The notes under the pieces were generated by a model, which worked only from the letters and a program-made list of their open reading frames with translations, made no database searches and had not been told where the DNA came from. From Candidatus Latescibacterota bacterium (GTDB lineage Bacteria; Latescibacterota; UBA2968; UBA8231): DNA of 64,000 nucleotides. The position numbers and the translations under genes are program-made. Where the stretch lies: positions 5,472,001-5,536,000 of the forward strand of contig OZ241867.1 of the NCBI GenBank assembly GCA_965203175.1, given 5' to 3'. How positions within the stretch are numbered: position 1 is the stretch's first letter; the number at the start of each line of letters is the position of its first letter. This document shows positions 37,984 through 46,677 of this stretch, one piece after another.

Positions 37984-39993
37984 ATGCGCAGTGCTTGGCC
38001 TTTGATCCTAGTCCTCGCCGTTGCGCCCAGCCATGCTCAAGTAGAAAAGTGGCAACTGGGCGGTAGTGGGGAGGCGTGGGACCAGCGCGACTCTCTCCAA
38101 GTCCTCGTCGATTTTGCCGACGGTGCAATCCAGCCGCTCTATTTGCAGCCGCACCAAAACGTCATTCACCTGCTGGAAAACTGGGAATTCTGGCGCGAAC
38201 CCTTCTTACACAACCTCGGCTACGTCGATGGCCAGAAGCCGCGCTTTTGGAACCGCTGGGGCGGTGCCGGCGGCGATCCGACCCAGAGCGGCGTATTCTT
38301 AGTCGATCGCGATTCCACAACCTACAACGCCCCTAAGAGCCAATCGATAACCAGTACCTTCTTTTCGATTGACACCGCCGTGCCAATCCCCGGTGTCGGC
38401 TTCGGCTTCTTCACGCCCTCGCAGGGTTTTCGCTCCGACGGCACGCCGCTGCCTTTCGACACCACGCCGGCCTTCGACGTCTCCATCGGTTCAGACTTAG
38501 AACCCGCGGTCAACTGGGGCGGCAGAGACCTGTTCGAACAGGTCATCGCCAACGTGGGTGCCAACTTCGACCCCGTCGTCCGCATCGACTTCCCGCGCCA
38601 ATACGTGCGCTTCTTTCGCTGGCGCCGACAGACCTCGCTGGCCGACGAGGAAGCCCTCAACATCTGCCGCGACTGCGGCGGCCAAGGCAACCAAGCCATC
38701 GCGCTCAAAGGCTCAATCGGGGGATTTGAGGTCTTCGGCCAAGGCATACCCCAGCGCGTCGTGTACCTCAGCCAAGTTGTCGATCTGGGCCAAGTCGTGA
38801 ATTTCGGTCGCCTGCACTGGGCGGGCACGCCGCTGCGCCTGGTCGATGGCGAGATCGTCGAAGATGCCAACGCCCCCGTCTGGCTCAAGGCCAAGGTCCG
38901 CGTCGGTCGCGACGACAGCCCGGCGACCTACCACGAATACACCAACATCGGCCGCGAGAAGGAGGTCTCGCGCGAGCACTACGAGTCGCTCACCGCCCAA
39001 CTCAACCGCGATCCACGGCCCGGGATTCGCGCCTCCATCGGCTACGATTCCGCCAACTGGTCCTTCTGGTCGGTGCCTTTTACCGAATCGGGCCAACTCA
39101 TCCGGCTCAGAAGCGGATCGCATCTACAGGTGGACCTTTCTCTGGAAAGCCGCGACTTCGACGCTTGGATGCGGATTGACTCGCTGTGGATTGAGACCGC
39201 GCCCCTATTGGCCGCCGAGGTTTTCGCCGAAGTGGCTCGGCGCGACGACCCGCAGCCCAAGCGCGGTTTTACTGAAGTGGCCTTGGGCCAAGAGACCGAA
39301 TTCGTCTATCAGGTGCGAGCCGAATTCGACGACGCCAGCACGCCTGGCTTCGACGCGCTCAGGATCCACACCGGCAGCCGCACCGCCTTTCGCCGCCTCG
39401 AAATGGGCACCCCGCTCGCTCCCGTCGATCCAGTCGCAGTAGCGGAAGACGACGGGTTGGTGATCCAATTGCCCCAGCGCGTCACTAGCACCGACAACGC
39501 GCCGGTCCGCGTGACCTTCGCCACCGCAGTTTTTGAATTCGCCTCCACCTTTACCGGCGAGATATTTGCCGCCGACAGCGAATCACTCCCCCAGCCGATT
39601 CTCGCCGGCGACGCCGACGAAGCAGTCTCCACCAATAGCCTACGGGTGCTGGGCGCGAACGACGAAACACCTGATTTCATCCAATCGCTCGCTTTGTCCA
39701 CCCCGGTGCTGACCCCCAATGGCGACGGCGTCCACGACCAACTCCAGATGCGTTATTCGCTCTTCCGCCTCCCCGGTGCAGTACCCGTAGCACTGGAAGT
39801 GTACGCCTTGGACGGCCGTCGCATCGCCCGCCTCGACAAGGGCCTGCAAGACTCGGGCGCGCAGGCGATCACGTGGGACGGCCGCGACGAGACCGGCCAA
39901 CTCCTCCCGCCGGGCCTCTACTTGCTCTCCATCGCGCTGCAAACCCAGTTCGTCCAGGCCAAACAACTATTGGCCGTGGGCATTGCCTATTAG
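37984..39993 (+). CDS. Secreted CTD protein, subtype A (A2)
   Basis: QVEKWQLGG; same motifs as A1; LTPNGDGVHD; ends VGIAY. Confidence 0.88.
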   Translation: MRSAWPLILVLAVAPSHAQVEKWQLGGSGEAWDQRDSLQVLVDFADGAIQPLYLQPHQNVIHLLENWEFWREPFLHNLGYVDGQKPRFWNRWGGAGGDPTQSGVFLVDRDSTTYNAPKSQSITSTFFSIDTAVPIPGVGFGFFTPSQGFRSDGTPLPFDTTPAFDVSIGSDLEPAVNWGGRDLFEQVIANVGANFDPVVRIDFPRQYVRFFRWRRQTSLADEEALNICRDCGGQGNQAIALKGSIGGFEVFGQGIPQRVVYLSQVVDLGQVVNFGRLHWAGTPLRLVDGEIVEDANAPVWLKAKVRVGRDDSPATYHEYTNIGREKEVSREHYESLTAQLNRDPRPGIRASIGYDSANWSFWSVPFTESGQLIRLRSGSHLQVDLSLESRDFDAWMRIDSLWIETAPLLAAEVFAEVARRDDPQPKRGFTEVALGQETEFVYQVRAEFDDASTPGFDALRIHTGSRTAFRRLEMGTPLAPVDPVAVAEDDGLVIQLPQRVTSTDNAPVRVTFATAVFEFASTFTGEIFAADSESLPQPILAGDADEAVSTNSLRVLGANDETPDFIQSLALSTPVLTPNGDGVHDQLQMRYSLFRLPGAVPVALEVYALDGRRIARLDKGLQDSGAQAITWDGRDETGQLLPPGLYLLSIALQTQFVQAKQLLAVGIAY

Positions 39994-39999
39994 CGGCCA

Positions 40000-42336
40000 A
40001 TGCGTGCTTTGTTGCTCTCGGTTCTTTGTTCGGCGACAGTGCTCGCCGCCGCGGAATTCCGCTTCGACAGCGCTGCTAGCTGGTCAACCTGGAAGATGCC
40101 CCATGGCTTGATCGAATTTGACGACCGCGGCCAGTTGCGACTGATCAAATTCCGCAAGGATATCAACGCCATCGCCAACGCGACCGAATTCACTCATCTC
40201 ACTCGCTCGCGCGGTGCCAACGTGCCGGGCGGGATCTGGGAAGCCGGCAGCAACCCGGCCGCAGCCGGGCGGATCATTGACGGCGACCGCAAGACCTTCT
40301 GGCAGGCCTCTGCCGACGACGACTTAGGCGATTGGTTCGTGCAGATTGACCTCGGCCGCACCGTGCTAGCCAACGAGATCCGCCTGCACTTCCCCGACCA
40401 AGCAGGGGCACGCCCCTTCCGCCAGTTCACCGTTTTCACCGCCACGGGCATTACTTCCGACGCCCTCGACGATCTTTTTATTTTTCGCCCGGTCTATCTC
40501 ACGACTCAACCCAACCGGGATACCACCATCTCGATTCCCCTCGCCTTCGACCTCCAAGACAGCGCCCAGGTCCTCGACCCCAATCGAGACGTCGATCTGG
40601 AAAAATTCAACCAATATCGCCTCATCCAGTACATCAACTTTACCGTTGAAGACTTCGATCCCGAAGGTGCCCTAGCCGAGGTCGAAGTCTTCGCCGTTGG
40701 CGACAACGTCAGCTTGGGCAACGACCAGCGCGGCGGCATCATCGACGGGCTTACCGCCCGCTCCACCGAGAATATTCTCGACGGCGACATGAACACCGCC
40801 AGTTCCATCCTGCCCGTGGGCTTTGAGGGCCGCGTCCGCACTTGGGAGGATCAGGGCACTTGGTTTTTCATCGACCTAGGAGCCGTATTCTGGATCGACG
40901 AGCTTTTCCTCTACGCGCTCAGGCCGCGCGAGGGCACGGTCGGGAGCGTGGCCAGCCCGCCGCGAGGCTTTACCTTCCTCCACTCAGACGGCACCCGCGT
41001 CATCAGCTCCCAACTTCCCATCCCCGAATCCTTCGACTTCGCTACCCTCATCGACCAACCCGACGCCGATCCCATGCGCTATCTGCGCTATCTGTTCCAA
41101 CCGCGCAGAGTCCGCTACCTGTTTTGGCACGCCCACATCCCCCAAGGGTGGGGTTCGCGCTGGACCGAACTGATGCTGTTTTCGCCGGGCCATCCCGCCG
41201 AGGTCGTCATGCGCTCGGACTTTATCGATCTCGGCAAGACTGCTGGCGATGGACGTCCCAAAGTCATCAGCAACCTCTCTTGGGACGCCGACATCCCACC
41301 TAGCACTCGCCTGCTAGTGCGCTCGCGCTCGGGCAATACCCAAGGCGAAGTCTATGCTTTCCACGACAAGATCGGCGAGCCGATCACCGAGGAGAAATGG
41401 CTCAGCCTACCCAAAGTGCTGCGGGGAAGGATCGACACCTCCGTCGTGGTCAGCGAAGACTGGGATGCGTGGAGCGAGGCGTACAACTTTTCCGGCGAGT
41501 CATTCAAGTCGCAAAGCCCGCGCCGCTTCGTACAGTTGGAACTGATCCTGTCAACCGATGATCCACAGGTGGCACCCGCGATTGACGCGCTGTCCCTCGA
41601 GTACGAGGACGCGCTGTTGCAGGGCGCACGCGGCCTGATTGCCCCCAGAGTCGCCCTGCCCAACGAGGACACCCGCTTCACCTATACCCTGTTGTCCGCA
41701 GCCGATGCCGAGGACACGGGTTTCGACATACTGCGCTTTGACCTTCCCGCTAAGGCTGCCGATGTCGAAATTCGCGTGAGCGATGCCCATATCGAGCCAT
41801 CTTCCATAGCCATCCGCGCCGACACCCTCCAGATCGGCCTGCCGCGTGCGATCACCGCCGACTCCGTCCAAGTCAGCTTCACCACCCGCGTAGTACACAA
41901 CGCCACGCTCTTCGGCCTCGACTTGGGTTCGAGCACCCATCCAGATCTGTGGCAATCGGTCGAGCCGCTGATGCGCCGCGCCAATATCGTCATGCTCCCC
42001 ACTCTGACCGGCACCACTCAGCTCATCGACGAACTCTCGATTTCCTCACCGATACTCACCCCCAACGGCGACGGCATCAACGACGCAGTGGTTATCCGCT
42101 TCGTCGCCTTCAAGGTCCAGCAACGCACGCCCCAAGTGCGCATTTTCGATCTCGCCGGACGGCCAGTCACTGAACTGGCGACTCCGGTCATCGACGGCGT
42201 GGCCTACGTTTTCACCTGGAACGGACGCGCTACTCAAGGCAACCTCGTACCGCCCGGCACCTATCTCTGCCGCATCGACCTAGCGGCTGACGCTGGCGAC
42301 GATACAGCGCTGCGCACCATCGCCGTAGCGTACTGA
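40000..42336 (+). CDS. Secreted CTD protein, subtype B (B2)
   Basis: FRFDSA.SW; same motifs as B1; ends IAVAY. Confidence 0.88.
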   Translation: MRALLLSVLCSATVLAAAEFRFDSAASWSTWKMPHGLIEFDDRGQLRLIKFRKDINAIANATEFTHLTRSRGANVPGGIWEAGSNPAAAGRIIDGDRKTFWQASADDDLGDWFVQIDLGRTVLANEIRLHFPDQAGARPFRQFTVFTATGITSDALDDLFIFRPVYLTTQPNRDTTISIPLAFDLQDSAQVLDPNRDVDLEKFNQYRLIQYINFTVEDFDPEGALAEVEVFAVGDNVSLGNDQRGGIIDGLTARSTENILDGDMNTASSILPVGFEGRVRTWEDQGTWFFIDLGAVFWIDELFLYALRPREGTVGSVASPPRGFTFLHSDGTRVISSQLPIPESFDFATLIDQPDADPMRYLRYLFQPRRVRYLFWHAHIPQGWGSRWTELMLFSPGHPAEVVMRSDFIDLGKTAGDGRPKVISNLSWDADIPPSTRLLVRSRSGNTQGEVYAFHDKIGEPITEEKWLSLPKVLRGRIDTSVVVSEDWDAWSEAYNFSGESFKSQSPRRFVQLELILSTDDPQVAPAIDALSLEYEDALLQGARGLIAPRVALPNEDTRFTYTLLSAADAEDTGFDILRFDLPAKAADVEIRVSDAHIEPSSIAIRADTLQIGLPRAITADSVQVSFTTRVVHNATLFGLDLGSSTHPDLWQSVEPLMRRANIVMLPTLTGTTQLIDELSISSPILTPNGDGINDAVVIRFVAFKVQQRTPQVRIFDLAGRPVTELATPVIDGVAYVFTWNGRATQGNLVPPGTYLCRIDLAADAGDDTALRTIAVAY

Positions 42337-42403
42337 TATTGCTCAAATAGGACAATTACTTACGTCGCATTATATTAATCCTTTCTTCGGAAGGAGAGCC
42401 ATT

Positions 42404-44437
42404 ATGCGCCGTGCCACAATCGTCCTGTTCACCCTAATTCTAGCGCAAAGTGCCACCGCCCAGATTTCCCACTGGCAACTAGGCGGCAGCGGCCTAGCCT
42501 GGAGCGAGAACGACACCACCCGCCTCTTCGTCGATTTCGCAACGACCCCCGGTGCCATCCAGCCCACGTACTTCACGCAGGACGAGACGGTTTTTTCCCA
42601 CATCGGCAATTGGGCCTTCTGGCGCGACCCCAGTGACCGCATCTTCGACTACCTCGACGGCGAAACACCCCGGATGTGGAAGTGGAACCACGGCGTGCCC
42701 GATCCATCGGAAAACGGCTCCTGGCTCATCGACAGCGACCCTATCACCTACAATCCGCCCAAAGCCGACCGCATTGAAAAGGAAACTTTCACCATGGATT
42801 TGGCCGTGTCGGTGCCAGCGGTGGCCTTTGGCTTTATCCCGCCCAGCGAAGGCTTTCGATCCGACGGGACCCCGCTGGAAACGGACTTCGTTCCCGCCTT
42901 TCAGGTGACCGCCTCGGTCGCGCCCGAACCTCCAGTCCTCGAAGGCAATGTCAACCCACTCTCCACCGTCATCGCCGATGTTGACAACAATTTTACCCCG
43001 CGGGTCCGCATTGACTTCAACCGCCAGTATCTGCGCTTTTTCCGCTACCGAAGGACGCTCTCGCTACTGGATGAGGACGCCCAAGCCAAGAGCGGCAATG
43101 TCGCCTTTGCTCTCATCGGCTCGATCAGCGAATTCCAGCTCTTCGCCCAAGGCGTGCCGCAGCAGGCCATCTACAAGACCAAGATAATCGACCTCGGCAA
43201 ACCCGTGAATTTCGGGCGGCTGTTCTGGCAGGCGACGAAATTCCGCATGGTCAATGGGACCCCGGTGGAAACCCCCGACGCGGCGGCGCAACTTAAGATT
43301 GAGGTGCGCACCGGCTTAGACGACGATCCGGCCGTCTATCACGAATACATGGACACCGGACTGGAGCGGGTAGTCTCGCGCGACCACTACGAAAATGCCC
43401 TGCGCACCCGCTTCGTGCGTATTACCGCTGCATCCGACCTGAGCGAACGCCAGCCCAAGCCGGGCGTCCGCGCGTCCATCGGCTACGATTCAGACAACTG
43501 GACTTTCTGGTCCGCACCCTTCGTCGAATCGGGCCAACCGATCAACCTGCGCAACGGCACCCATTTGCAGTTCCGCGTCACCATGGAAAGCGATTCCTTC
43601 GACGACTTCGTGCACCTCGACTCGCTGTGGCTCGAAACCGCCCCGCTGTTGGCCGCCAACGTGCGCGGCGAAGTGGCTCCCCTAGACGATCCACAGCCCG
43701 CCAGCGGGATCACTCAAGTCCCCTTGGGCGAAGCAATAGAATTTGTCTATGATCTCCAAGCCGATTTCGCGACAGTTGACGCACCCGGCTTCGACCTGTT
43801 GCGCATTCGCACGGGGCACCAAACCGAACTCAAAAGCCTACAACTAGGCGAGAGCCGCACGGAAACTGCGCCTGCTGAGATCACCCAAGAGCCCGAGGGC
43901 CTACTCATCCACCTGCCCGAGCGCATCACCCGCGCCAACAATCCGCCGATCCGCATTGTCTTTGGCACGGAGATCTTTGAATTCGCAACCACTTTCCAGA
44001 GCGAGGTCCTAGACAGCGAACGCGACGTTCTGCCGCAACCTGTAGTCGGTGCTGATGTCGGCGCGGCCCTCTCGACCAACAGCCTGCGCGTGCTCGGCAC
44101 CACGGGGCAAACAACCGCCTTCATCCAGAACCTGACCTTTTCCTCTTCGGTCTTTACGCCCAACGGCGACGGTATCAACGACGAACTGCGCGTGGCCTAT
44201 TCGCTGTTCCGCCTGCCCGAAACCGTTCCCGTCGTCCTCGAGGTCTATAGCCTCGACGGGCGGCGCGTGGCCCTCGTCGAGGCCGGCTTGCAGAGCGCGG
44301 GGCCGCAGAGCCTGCAATGGGACGGGCGCGATGAATCGGGTCGGCGGCTGACGCCCGGTCTCTACTTGGTGGCTTTAGACCTGCGCTCGGAATTTGCTGC
44401 CGATCCCCAACTCCGTCCCTTGGGCATTGCCTACTAA
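42404..44437 (+). CDS. Secreted CTD protein, subtype A (A3)
   Basis: 677 aa; QISHWQLGG; FTPNGDGIND; ends LGIAY. Confidence 0.9.
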   Translation: MRRATIVLFTLILAQSATAQISHWQLGGSGLAWSENDTTRLFVDFATTPGAIQPTYFTQDETVFSHIGNWAFWRDPSDRIFDYLDGETPRMWKWNHGVPDPSENGSWLIDSDPITYNPPKADRIEKETFTMDLAVSVPAVAFGFIPPSEGFRSDGTPLETDFVPAFQVTASVAPEPPVLEGNVNPLSTVIADVDNNFTPRVRIDFNRQYLRFFRYRRTLSLLDEDAQAKSGNVAFALIGSISEFQLFAQGVPQQAIYKTKIIDLGKPVNFGRLFWQATKFRMVNGTPVETPDAAAQLKIEVRTGLDDDPAVYHEYMDTGLERVVSRDHYENALRTRFVRITAASDLSERQPKPGVRASIGYDSDNWTFWSAPFVESGQPINLRNGTHLQFRVTMESDSFDDFVHLDSLWLETAPLLAANVRGEVAPLDDPQPASGITQVPLGEAIEFVYDLQADFATVDAPGFDLLRIRTGHQTELKSLQLGESRTETAPAEITQEPEGLLIHLPERITRANNPPIRIVFGTEIFEFATTFQSEVLDSERDVLPQPVVGADVGAALSTNSLRVLGTTGQTTAFIQNLTFSSSVFTPNGDGINDELRVAYSLFRLPETVPVVLEVYSLDGRRVALVEAGLQSAGPQSLQWDGRDESGRRLTPGLYLVALDLRSEFAADPQLRPLGIAY

Positions 44438-44447
44438 GGAAGGCTCG

Positions 44448-44564
44448 ATGCGACGCGCAACCCAAGGAGACCTCGTACCACTCGGCACCTATCTCTGCCG
44501 CATCGCCCTAGCGGCTGACGCTGGCGACGCTACAGCGCTGCGCACCATCGCCGTAGCGTACTGA
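44448..44564 (+). pseudogene. 38-aa chimeric B-gene remnant at the duplication junction
   Basis: MRRATQGDLVPLGTYLCRIALAADAGDATALRTIAVAY is the RBS/start of B3 fused in frame to the C-terminus of B2. Confidence 0.8.
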
Positions 44565-44633
44565 TTGTTTAAATAGGATAATTGATTCCGGCGCATTATA
44601 TTACCCATGCTTCCCGCAAAAAGGAGGGTCATC

Positions 44634-46667
44634 ATGCGTCGAGCCACAATCGTCCTGTTCACCCTAATTTTAGCGCAAAGTGCCACCGCCCAGATTTCCC
44701 ACTGGCAACTAGGCGGCAGCGGCCTAGCCTGGAGCGAGAACGACACCACCCGCCTCTTCGTCGATTTCGCAACGACCCCTGGTGCCATCCAGCCCACGTA
44801 CTTAACGCTAGACGAGACGGTTTTTTCCCACATCGACAATTGGGCCTTTTGGCGCGACCCCAGCGACCGCATTTTCGACTACCTCGACGGCGAAACACCC
44901 CGGATGTGGAAGTGGAACAACGGCGTGCCCGATCCATCGGAAAACGGCTCCTGGCTCATCGACGGCGACCCTCTCACCTATAACCCCCCAATGGCCGACC
45001 TCGTCGAAAAAGAAAGCTTCACCATGGATTTAGCCGTGGCGGTACCAGCGGTGGCCTTTGGCTTTATCTCGCCCAGTGAGGGCTTTCGTGTCGATGGGAC
45101 CCCTCTGGAAACGGACTTCGTCCCCGCCTTTCAGGTGACCGCCTCAGTCGCGCCCGAACCTCCAGTCCTCGAAGGCAATGTCAACCCACTCTCCACCGTC
45201 ATCGCCGATGTTGACAACAATTTTACCCCGCAGATCCGCTTCGACTTCAACCGCCAGTATCTGCGCTTCTTTCGCTACCGCCGGATTATCTCGATACTAG
45301 ACGAGGACGCCCAAGCCAAGATCAGCAAAATCACCTTCTCCCTCATCGGCACAATCAGCGAGTTCCAACTCTTTGCCCAAGGAATACCGCAGCGGAGCAT
45401 CTACAAGACCAAGATAACCGACCTCGGCAAACCCGTGAATTTCGGGCGGCTGTTCTGGCAGGCGACAAAGTTCCGCATGGTCGATGGGACCCCAGTGGAA
45501 ACCCCCAACGCGGCGGCCCAGATCAAGGTCGAGGTGCGCACTGGCCTAGACGACGACCCGGCCGTCTATCACGAGTACATGGATACCGGACTGGAGCGGG
45601 TAGTTTCGCGCGACCACTACGAAAACGCCCTGCGCACCCGCTTCGTGCGCATCGGCTCCTCATCCGACCTGAGCGAACGCCAGCCCAAGCCGGGCATCCG
45701 CGCATCCATCGGCTATGATTCAGACAACTGGACTTTCTGGTCCGCACCCTTCGTCGAATCGGGCCAACCAATCAACCTGCGCAACGGCACCCATTTGCAG
45801 TTCCGCGTCACCATGGAAAGCGATTCCTTCGACGATTTCGTGCGCCTCGACTCGCTGTGGCTCGAAACCGCCCCGCTGTTGGCCGCCAACGTACGCGGCG
45901 AAGTGGCTCCCCTAGACGATCCACAGCCCGCCAGCGGGATCACTCAAGTCCCCTTGGGCGAAGCAATAGAATTTGTCTATGATCTCCAAGCCGATTTCGC
46001 GACGGTTGACGCCCCCGGCTTCGACCTGTTGCGCATTCACACAGGGCACCAAACCGAACTCAAAAGCCTGCAACTAGGCGAGAGCCGCACGGAAACTGCG
46101 CCTGCTGAGATCACCCAAGAGCCCGAGGGCCTACTCATTCACCTGCCCGAGCGCATCACCCGCGCCAACAATCCGCCGATCCGCATTGTCTTTGGCACGG
46201 AGATCTTTGAATTCGCAACCACCTTCCAGAGCGAGGTCCTAGACAGCGAACGCGATGTTCTGCCGCAACCTGTAGTCGGTGCTGATGTCGGCGCGGCCCT
46301 CTCGACCAACAGCCTGCGCGTGCTCGGCACCACGGGGCAAACAACCGCCTTCATCCAGAACCTGACCTTTTCCTCTTCGGTCTTTACGCCCAACGGCGAC
46401 GGTATCAACGACGAACTGCGCGTGGCCTATTCGCTGTTCCGCCTGCCCGAAACCGTTCCCGTCGTCCTCGAGGTCTATAGCCTCGACGGGCGGCGCGTGG
46501 CCCTCGTCGAGGCCGGCTTGCAGAGCGCGGGGCCGCAGAGCTTGCAATGGGATGGCCGTGATGAAACAGGTCGGCGGCTGACGCCCGGTCTCTACTTGGT
46601 GGCTTTAGACCTGCGCTCGGAATTTGCTGCCGATGCCCAACTCCGCCCCTTGGGCATTGCCTACTAA
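44634..46667 (+). CDS. Secreted CTD protein, subtype A (A4; recent paralog of A3)
   Basis: 677 aa, colinear with A3; AAGGAGG RBS before ATG 44634. Confidence 0.9.
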   Translation: MRRATIVLFTLILAQSATAQISHWQLGGSGLAWSENDTTRLFVDFATTPGAIQPTYLTLDETVFSHIDNWAFWRDPSDRIFDYLDGETPRMWKWNNGVPDPSENGSWLIDGDPLTYNPPMADLVEKESFTMDLAVAVPAVAFGFISPSEGFRVDGTPLETDFVPAFQVTASVAPEPPVLEGNVNPLSTVIADVDNNFTPQIRFDFNRQYLRFFRYRRIISILDEDAQAKISKITFSLIGTISEFQLFAQGIPQRSIYKTKITDLGKPVNFGRLFWQATKFRMVDGTPVETPNAAAQIKVEVRTGLDDDPAVYHEYMDTGLERVVSRDHYENALRTRFVRIGSSSDLSERQPKPGIRASIGYDSDNWTFWSAPFVESGQPINLRNGTHLQFRVTMESDSFDDFVRLDSLWLETAPLLAANVRGEVAPLDDPQPASGITQVPLGEAIEFVYDLQADFATVDAPGFDLLRIHTGHQTELKSLQLGESRTETAPAEITQEPEGLLIHLPERITRANNPPIRIVFGTEIFEFATTFQSEVLDSERDVLPQPVVGADVGAALSTNSLRVLGTTGQTTAFIQNLTFSSSVFTPNGDGINDELRVAYSLFRLPETVPVVLEVYSLDGRRVALVEAGLQSAGPQSLQWDGRDETGRRLTPGLYLVALDLRSEFAADAQLRPLGIAY

Positions 46668-46677
46668 GGAGGGTTCG

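Noticed and set aside
42404-46667. Diversity-generating retroelement (TR/VR pair) as the cause of A3/A4 differences
   Set aside because: No reverse transcriptase in the window; differences span more than 1 kb, are not adenine-specific, and both copies are full genes.
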